A DNA stretch of 64,000 bases from an uncultured Bacteroidales bacterium (GTDB lineage Bacteria > Bacteroidota > Bacteroidia > Bacteroidales > VadinHA17). Positions 10,331 to 20,168 of this stretch are shown here, one piece after another. The number at the start of each line of letters is the position of its first letter. Position 1 is the stretch's first letter. The stretch covers positions 406,087 to 470,086 of the forward strand of contig CAWBLL010000009.1 in assembly GCA_963789465.1 (NCBI GenBank), written 5' to 3'. The translations under genes and the position numbers were made by a program. The notes under the pieces were generated by a model. It ran no database searches, was not told where the DNA came from, and worked only from the letters and a program-made list of their open reading frames with translations.

Positions 10331-11548
10331 ATGGCTGATCTCAATACAAGAATTAGTGACTTTGTCTGGAAGAACATCAGTGAAAGGCACGTTACAGGGA
10401 AAAGGGACCCATTTTGGGAATCGCTTCTGAATACAGGGACTGAGTTATGGCTGGATACCGGTGACATGGAGGAAGCTGAAGCTAACTGGTCGGCTGAAAT
10501 GAGTGCTCTGACAACTAATAATACGTTGCTCAATAAAGAGATACAGAAGGGCATTTATGACATCTTTATCAGCGAAGCAAAGAGCATTGTCAGGGATCTG
10601 CCCCCCGAAGAAAGGGTGAAGGAAATTGCATTTATACTGAATGCCCGCCACGGACTTCGCCTGGCTTCAAAGTTTGGCGGATATGTAAGTGTTGAATTGC
10701 ATACTGACACCGCGCATGATATTAAGGCAATTCAGTATTATGGGAGGCGATTTCATGAAATATGCCCTGAGCAGTTTATTGTAAAGGTTCCGTATACTGC
10801 TGAAGGATTGATAGGTGCAAGGCTTCTCAAGGATTCGGGCGTGAAAATTAATTTTACACTGGGTTTCAGTGCGCGCGAAAACGTACTTGTAACCAGAGTT
10901 GCAAGACCCGATTATGTAAATGTCTTTCTCGGACGTATCGGAGCATATATTGCAAACAATAATCTCGGCGACGGATCCGGGGCTGGAGAGAGGGCAGTTA
11001 TTTCATCCCAGAACTGGGTTACGGGCCTTTCTGCTGAAAATCCATGGCAGACAAAACAGATCGCTGCCAGTCTGAGAAATCACCATCAACTCGAACTTCT
11101 TGCAGGAACAGATGTTTTTACTATGCCTCCGAAAGTAGCTTCCGAAGGTCATAAGGAACTTAGCGGTAGTTTCACATCACATCTTCATGAAACCTATGAG
11201 GTGAACCTTAATGATGGTGCAAGCGGCGCTGGAATAGAAAAATTCTGGGAGGTTAACAATAATGTACTGAATCTTGCTGAGAGGCTTGCCAGGAAAGTTC
11301 CGGAATCAGGAACGGAAATAAAAAGCATAGCTCAGGAAGAGGGGTGCGGCGATATGTTCCCTTATCTGACAAAAGAGGAAAAAGGATTTATTGGATCAGA
11401 CGGAAAGATTCCTCTTCACTCCAGATGGGCAAATAAGATAAGTGAAGGAAAGTTAGCTCCCGATACATTGCTCACACTTGCCGGTCTTGCCTCATTTGCT
11501 GATGATCAGCATATGCTTGATGAAAGGATCAGAGGGATAATAGAATAG
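10331..11548 (+). CDS. Transaldolase-family protein, unusually long at 405 aa
   Basis: LWLDTGD...ALTTNNTLL resembles the TalB ADTGD...ATTNPSL motif. FIVKVPYTAEGL resembles the Schiff-base Lys region. Extra C-terminal extension of about 100 aa. Confidence 0.7.
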   Translation: MADLNTRISDFVWKNISERHVTGKRDPFWESLLNTGTELWLDTGDMEEAEANWSAEMSALTTNNTLLNKEIQKGIYDIFISEAKSIVRDLPPEERVKEIAFILNARHGLRLASKFGGYVSVELHTDTAHDIKAIQYYGRRFHEICPEQFIVKVPYTAEGLIGARLLKDSGVKINFTLGFSARENVLVTRVARPDYVNVFLGRIGAYIANNNLGDGSGAGERAVISSQNWVTGLSAENPWQTKQIAASLRNHHQLELLAGTDVFTMPPKVASEGHKELSGSFTSHLHETYEVNLNDGASGAGIEKFWEVNNNVLNLAERLARKVPESGTEIKSIAQEEGCGDMFPYLTKEEKGFIGSDGKIPLHSRWANKISEGKLAPDTLLTLAGLASFADDQHMLDERIRGIIE

Positions 11549-11553
11549 CCGGA

Positions 11554-12300
11554 TTATCGCTCAGCATTACGCTGACGCATAATTTCATATATAAGAATTC
11601 CTGCAGAGACAGAGACATTAAGGGATTCGATCGCACCAGCCATAGGGATCCTTACCAATTGATCGGCCAGGGATAGGAGCTCCCGGCTGATACCCTTGTC
11701 CTCAGATCCAAGAATCAGTACAACCGGGCCTGTGAGAGGGACTTCCGATGCAGGGATGCCCGATTTCTCAGTAGCACAGATTACCTTTAACCCGGATTCC
11801 CTGAGATATTCAACTGAACGAACTATACTTTTTTCCCGACATACGGGGAAGGAGTGAAGGGCACCCGCCGATGTTTTAACTGCATCGGCAGTAATCCTTG
11901 CTGATCCTTTTTCAGGTATCATTATTGCATGTGCGCCCAGGCATTCGGCAGTGCGGACAATAGCTCCGAAATTCCTTACATCCGATACCCCATCCAGAGA
12001 CATAATGAATGGATCCTCTCCCTTTTCAAAAATCATTGGTAAGAGATTGGATATGTACTGGTATTCGATCACGGATAACCAGGCCAGTACTCCCTGGTGG
12101 TTTTTTCTGGTGACCAGCTCAATCCTTTCAACCGGGACTATCTGGTACGATACATTATTTGTTTTTACCAGCGTCATAAGCTCGTGATAAAGAGCACCCT
12201 GTAACCCCTGCCTTACAAGCAGCCTGTCAATCTGCTTTCCTGCCCTTATAGCTTCAATAACTGGTCTTAATCCGAAAATACAATCTTTCTCTTTCTGCAT
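11554..12300 (-). CDS. rlmB: 23S rRNA (guanosine-2'-O)-methyltransferase, SpoU/TrmH family (RlmB-like)
   Basis: N-terminal substrate-binding domain (IFGLRPVIEAIRAGK). SpoU knot motifs LILGSEDKGIS and IPMAGAIESLNVSVSAGILIYE. Confidence 0.85.
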   Translation of the reverse strand: MQKEKDCIFGLRPVIEAIRAGKQIDRLLVRQGLQGALYHELMTLVKTNNVSYQIVPVERIELVTRKNHQGVLAWLSVIEYQYISNLLPMIFEKGEDPFIMSLDGVSDVRNFGAIVRTAECLGAHAIMIPEKGSARITADAVKTSAGALHSFPVCREKSIVRSVEYLRESGLKVICATEKSGIPASEVPLTGPVVLILGSEDKGISRELLSLADQLVRIPMAGAIESLNVSVSAGILIYEIMRQRNAER

Positions 12301-12445
12301 CAGTTAATTAAAATAATAGACTTAAAATCCTTCCGGATTATCCAGACGGAATACTATGCCTTTACGCCAGCTTGTGATTGCCTTATCCCAGTAAGTAACA
12401 AGAGTCTCACTTCGGCTCAGGTAAAAATCATTATCAGAGAAGATA

Positions 12446-13666
12446 TTAGGGTCTATGTTTAAAGTTAAAGAACATATATTCTTCTTTAACACTGTACCTG
12501 CCTCCCCATGAGGACTTTATTACAGGCTTTTTGTATCCCCAGTTTTCTCCTTCAACTGTCTTATAGACCTTGTCCGGCGGACCATAAATTATATAGATCA
12601 TCCCTCGTTCGCTTCTCCATCCCTCTTTGTAGGAGGTGAAATAAAAGTTAGTATAGAGAACCCGTGTATAATAGATCCTGATTAGTTCCCTGGCTTTGTC
12701 CACATTCCCTCCCACCTTGATCCAGAAATTGTCGAGAGCCAGCTTTTTTTTCTGGGCTGACCGCAAAGAATCCATTTCATCCTGAGACGCAAGGTAAGCC
12801 AATGGTTCTATCATCACCTCCGGGGTTCTCATGGCTGGATATGTCGGTCCCATATTAAAGAAGGTATAACCTTCCTCAATGTCTCTTTCCACGGTGCAAT
12901 GATAAATGCCTTCCCTGGGAAACATCATTGGAAGGGTATCGGAATAAGGAAGAGCGATTATCTTATCAGGCGGATAATCCATGGTTTTTTGCGGAAGTAT
13001 CATCGAGGGAGGATCAGGGACTTCCCTGAAGGGCTTATAATATGAAATAAAGAGGCTGTCGATATGTCCGCGCGAGTACAGCAGATTGACATACTCGTCG
13101 CGCTTCAGGACAGGGTTGAAAAGTTCGTTCTTGTTGAAATGACCGACTACCTTGAAATTGTACCTGTTATAATATGAGAGCGTATTGAAAGGGACAAAAG
13201 CCTGGATAACAGTGAGACGCAGCCTGTCGAGAATCCTGACATCGGCTGTATACTCATTTCCCTTTTCCACATTCAGTGGTACGTCATAAACATATTCCGG
13301 CCTGCCTTTCTCCTTGACGATACTGACATTATAGGCAATAGTGTCGATAAGCTGCCGGCCCTGACCGGAATTCGTATTATACAGCTTGATGTTGAACATC
13401 AGTTGCGCCGTTGGTATTCCCTTCGGATTAGCCTCAGAGAAGAAAAGTTCGTTGGCAAAGAACTTAATGGAGAGTACCGATACCTCGTCGGACTGATTGT
13501 AAATGTTATAGCGAGGATTATTGGAGTTCTTTGTCGGATTGTAAAGATAGGAGAGGTCCTTTGTATCTGTTGCAGGTTGTGTTGTTTTACAGGAATTGAT
13601 AAACATCACAGAAATGGCGGCTGTAAAAATGAAACAGAAGTTTCGGCTGGCAATATAAGTCTTCAT
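12446..13666 (-). CDS. GWxTD domain-containing lipoprotein
   Basis: C-terminal GWRSERGMIYIIYGPPDKV matches the GWxTD pattern. The likely true start is MKTYIAS... with lipobox FINSC, so the ORF-track start at 13711 is trimmed. Confidence 0.7.
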   Translation of the reverse strand: MKTYIASRNFCFIFTAAISVMFINSCKTTQPATDTKDLSYLYNPTKNSNNPRYNIYNQSDEVSVLSIKFFANELFFSEANPKGIPTAQLMFNIKLYNTNSGQGRQLIDTIAYNVSIVKEKGRPEYVYDVPLNVEKGNEYTADVRILDRLRLTVIQAFVPFNTLSYYNRYNFKVVGHFNKNELFNPVLKRDEYVNLLYSRGHIDSLFISYYKPFREVPDPPSMILPQKTMDYPPDKIIALPYSDTLPMMFPREGIYHCTVERDIEEGYTFFNMGPTYPAMRTPEVMIEPLAYLASQDEMDSLRSAQKKKLALDNFWIKVGGNVDKARELIRIYYTRVLYTNFYFTSYKEGWRSERGMIYIIYGPPDKVYKTVEGENWGYKKPVIKSSWGGRYSVKEEYMFFNFKHRP

Positions 13667-13682
13667 TCCCATAAAACTTACC

Positions 13683-14447
13683 TTAACTTTTATCAATCTT
13701 GTTCCATTCAATTTTTATTCTGCATAGTTCCTTACTGTCACCTGTCCTTAATACAGAATGATTATAGACAGAATTATCAGTCTTTCCGGCTGAAGTTTTT
13801 ATTACCACCTCCTCGTCAAACTGTGATTCTGCAAGATAGTTTATTTCAGCCGACCGGGGAAAATATTTCATCACGAATTCAAGATTATAGCAATCAGATA
13901 CCCATTTCAGATAATTAACGTTATTGGTATGCAGATTAATATCCAGATCACTGACTTTTATTCTGTAAGAATGTGATTCCTGCTCTTCGTCATTAAATGG
14001 CTCAAGCTTTGAGGCATACCTGAGGGGACTTTTACCTGGATTCATGTCGGAATAGAATTTCGAGAGTATTGAGTCAGGCCTCTGCACTTTTCTGGTGGTC
14101 ATATCCAGTATCAGCCAGGAGGAAGTTGCCGATGCTATGTGTGTACCATCCGGAAAGCTTACCTCAAAGTTCCTGAGGGCGAATAGCTTATCAGTACCAT
14201 TTGGCCATGTCTTTACCGTTATTGAATCTTCCCATTCCGGCAATCTGTTAACTTCCGCATAAATTCTTGACAGTACCCAAAAGCGGTTTTCCTTCACAAG
14301 GTCATCCCTGCCGAAACCCAGTCTGATCGCATGATCGGAAGCAATATCCTGAAGGTAGTTGAACAGGGAATAAATATTTAGTTTTCCATCAGGTCCGGTT
14401 TCGTAAATATGAACCCTGTACTCCTTCTCAAATAGCATCAGTTCCAT
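13683..14447 (-). CDS. Acyl-ACP thioesterase
   Basis: Double hot-dog thioesterase pattern: YRVHIYETGPDGKLNIYSLFNYLQDIASDHA ... DLDINLHTNNVNYLKW. The start was chosen at MELMLFEKEY; the ORF track extends to 14477. Confidence 0.75.
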   Translation of the reverse strand: MELMLFEKEYRVHIYETGPDGKLNIYSLFNYLQDIASDHAIRLGFGRDDLVKENRFWVLSRIYAEVNRLPEWEDSITVKTWPNGTDKLFALRNFEVSFPDGTHIASATSSWLILDMTTRKVQRPDSILSKFYSDMNPGKSPLRYASKLEPFNDEEQESHSYRIKVSDLDINLHTNNVNYLKWVSDCYNLEFVMKYFPRSAEINYLAESQFDEEVVIKTSAGKTDNSVYNHSVLRTGDSKELCRIKIEWNKIDKS

Positions 14448-16392
14448 CACTGTTTGATTTTTGTATAAATTCCTCAACCTCCTGGCTCAGAACTGTCCAC
14501 CGGTTCATCTCCTCATTCAGCTTATCCTTCAGATCTCTGTATCTTTCATAATTGGTTTCATGATCAGGCATATAATTTCCGGGCTCCATGAACGCCATAT
14601 CTACGGCTTTTATCTGGGATTCCAGCTTTTCAATAATAGCTTCTGACTCCTCCAGATTTTTTTTCAGTTTACGAAGGGCCTTGTCATACTCTTTCTTTTC
14701 CAGATACTTTTGTTTATTGGAAGACACATTTGCCTGGGTCGTTTCACTTCTGACCTTCTCTTTTCTCTCTAAATCCTTAAGGTTCTCCAGCTTCTTGCGT
14801 CTCAGAAAATCATATATTCCCCCTATGTTCTCCTTTATCCTGTTAAACCTGAATTCAAATACCTTTCCAACAATGCCGTCCAGGAAGTCCCTGTCATGAG
14901 AGACAACAATTAGTGTGCCATCAAATTTTATGAGAGCCTGTTTCAGAATATCCTTCGACCTCATGTCAAGATGATTTGTAGGTTCATCAAGTACAAGCAG
15001 GTTTACCGGTTCAAGGAGAAGTTTAACAAGCGCCAGCCTCGATCGCTCGCCACCCGACAATACCCTGACTTTTTTATCAACATCATCTCCCCTGAACAGA
15101 AAAGCGCCAAGCATATCACGTATCTTCGACCTTACATCTCCCTTTGCGATATTATCAATTGTCTGTAGTACTGTAATATTTTCATCCAGCAGTTCATCCT
15201 GATTCTGTGCAAAGTACCCTATTTTAACATTATGGCCTGTTTTCAGTTGTCCGGTATGATCAAGTTCCCCAGTTATTATTTTTGAAAATGTGGTTTTGCC
15301 TTCTCCGTTGCGACCCACAAATGCCACTTTTTCTCCCCGTGAAATTTTAAAGTGTATCTTGTTGAGGACATTGTGTATTCCATAGCTTTTTGAAAGATCT
15401 TCAGCTTCAATTACTACGGTACCTGATCGCGGAGCAGGTGGAAACCTGAGATTGATGGCGGTGCTGTCTTCCTCATCTACCTCGAGCCTCTCGACCTTGT
15501 CCAGCTGCTTTAGCTTGGATTGCACCTGTACGGCCTTCGTAGCCTTGTATCTGAAGCGCTCTATGAATTTCTCGGTATCCTCGATCATCTTATGCTGATT
15601 CCTGTAAGCAGCCAGCTGTTGCTCCCTCCTTTCAGCCCTCAGAAGAAGATATTTTGACCATGAAGCCTTATAATCATATATCTTGCCAATGGAGATCTCT
15701 ATTGTTCTACGGGTTACATTGTCCAGGAAAGCCCGGTCATGGGAAACCATCAGCAAGGCACCATAGTAACCGCCAAGAAAGGATTCAAGCCATTGTATAG
15801 ATTCAATATCAAGATGGTTGGTCGGCTCATCGAGCAGAAGCAGGGATGGTTTCCTGAGAAGTATTTTGGCTATTTCCACACGCATCCTCCATCCACCACT
15901 GAGCTCCCGTGTAGGCTTGTCAAAGTCATTCCTCTCAAATCCCAGTCCAAATAATGTCTGTTCCGCTTCAGCCATGTAATTCGCCCCACCAAGCATCCGG
16001 TAACGCTCTTCCACAATGGTCAGATGATCACATAGATTAAGGTATTCCACCGATTCGTAATCTTCCCGCCGGGCGATTTCATTGCTGCAAAATTCAATCT
16101 CTTCAGAGAGCCCGATAATTTCGGAAAAAGCAGTTATAGTTTCGTTGATCACGGTAGTGGTATCATCCACCCTCATCTGCTGAGGCAGGTAACCGATGGT
16201 GACATTTTTCGACATATCCACAAAACCGGATGTGGGAGCCTGCAGTCCTGCAATAATCTTCATAAGAGTCGACTTGCCGGCACCGTTTTTCCCGGCAAGA
16301 CCTATCCTGTCCTGATCGTTTATCAGAAAAGAGATATCTGTCAACAAATCAAAACTCCCGAATGAAACTGAAATATTCTGAACAGAAACCAT
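14428..16392 (-). CDS. ABC-F family ATPase (two ABC domains, no TM domain, C-terminal coiled coil)
   Basis: Walker A GKNGAGKST and GRNGEGKTT. Signatures LSGGWRMR and LSGGERSR. Walker B LLLLDEPTNHLD and LLVLDEPTNHLD. Start trimmed to MVSVQNISVSFG (cat at 16390-16392). Confidence 0.9.
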   Translation of the reverse strand: MVSVQNISVSFGSFDLLTDISFLINDQDRIGLAGKNGAGKSTLMKIIAGLQAPTSGFVDMSKNVTIGYLPQQMRVDDTTTVINETITAFSEIIGLSEEIEFCSNEIARREDYESVEYLNLCDHLTIVEERYRMLGGANYMAEAEQTLFGLGFERNDFDKPTRELSGGWRMRVEIAKILLRKPSLLLLDEPTNHLDIESIQWLESFLGGYYGALLMVSHDRAFLDNVTRRTIEISIGKIYDYKASWSKYLLLRAERREQQLAAYRNQHKMIEDTEKFIERFRYKATKAVQVQSKLKQLDKVERLEVDEEDSTAINLRFPPAPRSGTVVIEAEDLSKSYGIHNVLNKIHFKISRGEKVAFVGRNGEGKTTFSKIITGELDHTGQLKTGHNVKIGYFAQNQDELLDENITVLQTIDNIAKGDVRSKIRDMLGAFLFRGDDVDKKVRVLSGGERSRLALVKLLLEPVNLLVLDEPTNHLDMRSKDILKQALIKFDGTLIVVSHDRDFLDGIVGKVFEFRFNRIKENIGGIYDFLRRKKLENLKDLERKEKVRSETTQANVSSNKQKYLEKKEYDKALRKLKKNLEESEAIIEKLESQIKAVDMAFMEPGNYMPDHETNYERYRDLKDKLNEEMNRWTVLSQEVEEFIQKSNSDGTDAI

Positions 16393-16521
16393 AAATAAAT
16401 AAAAATGGATACAAGAGGCCAAAATAAATGAATGCAAATATAGAAAAAGAATGTCACCCGGGAAAAGTGAGACTTAACCAATATTGGAAGTAAGCCTGAA
16501 CAATATTCAGTACATAAGGGT

Positions 16522-16529
16522 TATATTTG
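16522..16529 (+). promoter_or_regulatory. Candidate -7 promoter box TATATTTG
   Basis: Exact TAnnTTTG match, 58 nt upstream of the ATG at 16587. Confidence 0.35.
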
Positions 16530-16586
16530 CAGCAGATCGGATTTATACAATACTTTCTCAACTTTTAATCTAAAAAACAAATAATC

Positions 16587-17823
16587 ATGAAAACTGGCAG
16601 ATCCCTTATCAAGTTTTTAACCTTCCTGTTCAGTCTGTCAGTATTTATTGCTTCCTGTACCAAAGAGACTAATACTCCGGTCAATAACTACTTTCGTTTC
16701 AAAGGAGGTATCCTTACAGCTTACCAAAGAATATCTCTCCAGCCTGGTGGATGCAGTATCTGTGACAAACCCGGAAGCACTTGAAATAAAGCCTCTTATC
16801 GTAAATGATATTACCGTATATAAAATTGTATACAAAACAACTGTAAATAATCAGGAGATAAATGCCTCAGGTCTTGTCTGTGTTCCCTCTACCCCCGGCG
16901 ATTATCCTGTTCTGTCGTTCCAGAACGGGACAAATACTGTAAATGCAGATGCACCAAGTGAACGGCCCTCTGATTATAATTATCAGATGATAGAACTCGT
17001 TGCTTCTCTTGGTTATGTGGTAGTAATACCCGATTACCCAGGATTCGGATCGTCTGCTTCCATTCCACATCCTTATCTCGTCAGGGAACCAACCGTAACC
17101 TCACTGGTCGACAACCTCTACGCGGTAAAGGAGATGGCCTCATCAGAGCTGCCTGGCATCAATCTATTAAATGAATATTACTTACTGGGTTATTCACAGG
17201 GAGGATGGGCAACCCTCGCCCTTGACAAAGCACTTGAAACTGATTACAGCTCGGATTTTGACCTTAAGGGAAGCGCCTGCGGGGCAGGACCTTACGATAT
17301 TTACCTGCTTCTGCAGGGAATGGTAAGCGCTGCTGAATATCCCATGCCTGTCTATCTCGGATATATTGTGAATGCATACATTGCATATGATCAGTTTACA
17401 AATCCGGTCACAGATATATTCAATGAACCTTACGCTTCCAGGATCGGCTCTCTGTATAACGGGTTGCTTACTTCCCAGGAGATCAACGATCAGTTGACTA
17501 CCTCAATCCCCGACTTAATTACTTCTGATTTTCTCGCCGGCTTTGAATCTTCCCCTCAATACTCTACTGTAAGGGAGGCACTTAACGATAATAGCGTATC
17601 AGCATGGCACACATATAAACCTCTGCTTCTTCTTCATGGGGCAAATGATACCCAGGTAGATCCGGTTTCGACAGAAAATCTCTATAGCGGAATGATTGCC
17701 GCCGGCACGTCAGCGGATATCTGCAAAAAAGTAATTATTCCCGGTGTTGACCACAGTGATGGAATAGTGCCGGCCATGCTCCAGGGGATCTTATTCCTTA
17801 ATAACCTGAGGAGCTCCAGATAG
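16587..17823 (+). pseudogene. Secreted lipase / alpha-beta hydrolase lipoprotein, interrupted by a +1 frameshift (or a sequencing error)
   Basis: ORF 16587..16784 supplies only the signal peptide and lipobox (MKTGRSLIKFLTFLFSLSVFIASC). The hydrolase body, with nucleophile elbow GYSQGG, is in the +1 frame (ORF 16648..17823), which is open from 16621. Confidence 0.7.
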
Positions 17824-17858
17824 ATTTTACCTCGATCCGATAAAATATTTGTCTAAAA

Positions 17859-19269
17859 GTGAGAAGAAGAAAAGAGCAGCCCTTACTTGAAAAAGTAAGA
17901 ATTACTGATATTGCCTCCGAGGGCAATGCGCTGGCCAGGGTTGAAAATATGGTGGTATTTGTACCGATGCTTATTCCTGGCGATATTGTTGATATACGCA
18001 TCATAAGGAAAAGGAAAAAATTCCTGGAAGGAAGAGTGGTAAGGTTTCACGAATATTCGCCGCTGAGGATAGCTCCGCGGTGTGATCATTTCGGGACCTG
18101 CGGAGGGTGCCGGTGGCAGCATCTTCCCTATAATCTGCAGCTTCAGTATAAGCAAAAGCAGGTATCTGACAACCTGACAAGGATCGGCAGGATAAGCCTG
18201 AACGGGTTTAATCCTATCATAGGGTCTAAGGATGAATATCTGTACAGGAATAAACTTGAATTTACCTTTTCGGACAGCAGGTGGCGCACTGAGGAAGAGC
18301 TTGCTTCAGGTGTTGAATTTGTAAAGGAAAATGCCCTTGGTTTTCATATACCCGGGCTGTTCGACAAAGTACTTGATATACAACGATGCCATCTTCAACC
18401 TGAGCCTTCAAATGCCATACGGAATGCCGTCAGGGATTATGCTCTGAGAAATGAACTGGATTTTTTTGACCTCAGGGAACAAAAAGGATTTCTCAGAAAC
18501 CTTGTTGTGCGCAATTCCATGTCAGGCAATGTTATGGTAATTGTGGTTTTCTTTAAGGATGATCCTGCGAAGAGGGAGGGACTGCTGGATTTTCTGGGTT
18601 CCGAATTTCCTCAGATAACATCACTATGGTATGTTATAAATTCTAAGAAGAATGATTCGCTAAATGATCAGACCCCTATACTTTACAAGGGTGAAGACCA
18701 TCTATACGAGGAGATGGACGGCCTGAAATTCAGGATTGGGCCGAAATCATTCTACCAGACAAATACCAGGCAGGCACTTGAACTATACCGTGTTGTAAAA
18801 GATTATGCCGCCCTTTCCGGCAGCGAGACTGTTTATGACCTTTACACCGGGACAGGAACCATTGCCGCATATCTTGCCAGGGTCCGCAGGGAAAGTCATT
18901 GGTATAGAGTATGTGGAGGAAGCGGTCAGCGATGCCATGGCAAATGCTTCACTTAATAATATCCGCAATACCTTCTTTTTTGCCGGAGACATGAAAGATA
19001 TCCTGAATGAGGATTTCATTAATTCTAATGGAAAGCCGGATATCATTATCACCGACCCGCCGAGAGCGGGCATGCATGCGGATGTGATCGCTGCAATTCT
19101 TAAGGCCTCACCTGCCGGAATTGTCTACGTAAGCTGTAATCCTGCAACACAGGCAAGGGATATCCTGCTGCTTTCTCAAGATTATAATGTAGAAAAAATA
19201 CAGCCCGTCGATATGTTCCCTCATACCCATCACGTGGAAAATATCGTACTTCTGAAACGAAATCATTGA
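17859..19269 (+). pseudogene. rlmD: 23S rRNA (uracil-5-)-methyltransferase RlmD/RumA family, split by a 1-nt insertion (or a sequencing error)
   Basis: TRAM domain. Fe-S cysteines CDHFGTCGGCRWQH. SAM motif DLYTGTGTIAAYLAR in frame A, continuing as SAGKVIGIEYVEEAV...DPPRAGMH...YVSCNPAT in frame B. The frames join if the GGG at 18880-18882 is read as GG. Confidence 0.85.
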
Positions 19270-19317
19270 TCTCAAAGGCAAGGGAGGTATGGAATATTTA
19301 AAATTAGTGTATATTTA

Positions 19318-20157
19318 TTGGCCGATTGCACAAATTTCAAGATGTCTGTTACCAAACAAATAGAACCTGATTATTTGTCACAAATCCCTGATAGAGGGAT
19401 TGATGATCACATTGCCAGCCTCAGGTATGCCGGTATGATACAGAATGCCCTTATGCCGGATCCCCGTTTCTTGAGGGGTTACCTTCAGGAGTTTTTCGTT
19501 CTTTTTTTGCCCCGTGATATTGTGAGCGGAGATTTCTATTATGCTTTTACCAACAGGCAGAAAATGTGCCTTGCTGCCGGCGATTGTACAGGACATGGCG
19601 TACCGGGGGCGTTGCTAAGCATTCTCGGGATCAGTTTCCTCAATGAAATATTACAATCCGGAGTCAACCTCAATGCAAACAGGGTACTTAACCTGATGCG
19701 TGAGAAAGTTATGAAGGCGCTGCATCAGACAGGCTATAGCTCCAAGACAAAGGACAGTATAGATATAGGGCTCTGCATCGTGGATTGTTTCACAGGGAAA
19801 ATGCAATACTCCGGTGCGAACAGGCCGCTTATTATGCTGAGGGACGGAGAACTTACGGAATTCAAGCCGGATAAGATGACCATCGGGGTAGCTCCTCTTA
19901 AGGAAACACCCTTTACAAATATTACAATAGATACATTGCCAGGTGATTCATTTTATCTCTTCTCGGACGGATTCTCAGATCAGTTTGGTGAAATAACAAA
20001 TAAGAAATTCAAGTATAAACAGTTTAAAAAACTTATTGAGTCATTCAAAGATCTCACAATGTCAGAGCAGAAAGAGTATTTTGAAAAAGCATTCATGGAC
20101 TGGAAAGGCAATACCCAGCAGGTTGATGACGTTCTGGTTTTCGGGTTTAAACTTTAA
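19318..20157 (+). CDS. Stand-alone PP2C / SpoIIE-family serine phosphatase with no sensor domain
   Basis: Motifs IQNALMPD, VSGDFYY, AAGDCTGHGVPGALLS, LFSDGFSDQ and VDDVLVFGFKL. The likely real start is the ATG at 19342 (MSVTKQ...). Confidence 0.85.
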   Translation: MADCTNFKMSVTKQIEPDYLSQIPDRGIDDHIASLRYAGMIQNALMPDPRFLRGYLQEFFVLFLPRDIVSGDFYYAFTNRQKMCLAAGDCTGHGVPGALLSILGISFLNEILQSGVNLNANRVLNLMREKVMKALHQTGYSSKTKDSIDIGLCIVDCFTGKMQYSGANRPLIMLRDGELTEFKPDKMTIGVAPLKETPFTNITIDTLPGDSFYLFSDGFSDQFGEITNKKFKYKQFKKLIESFKDLTMSEQKEYFEKAFMDWKGNTQQVDDVLVFGFKL

Positions 20158-20168
20158 CATGTAAAATC

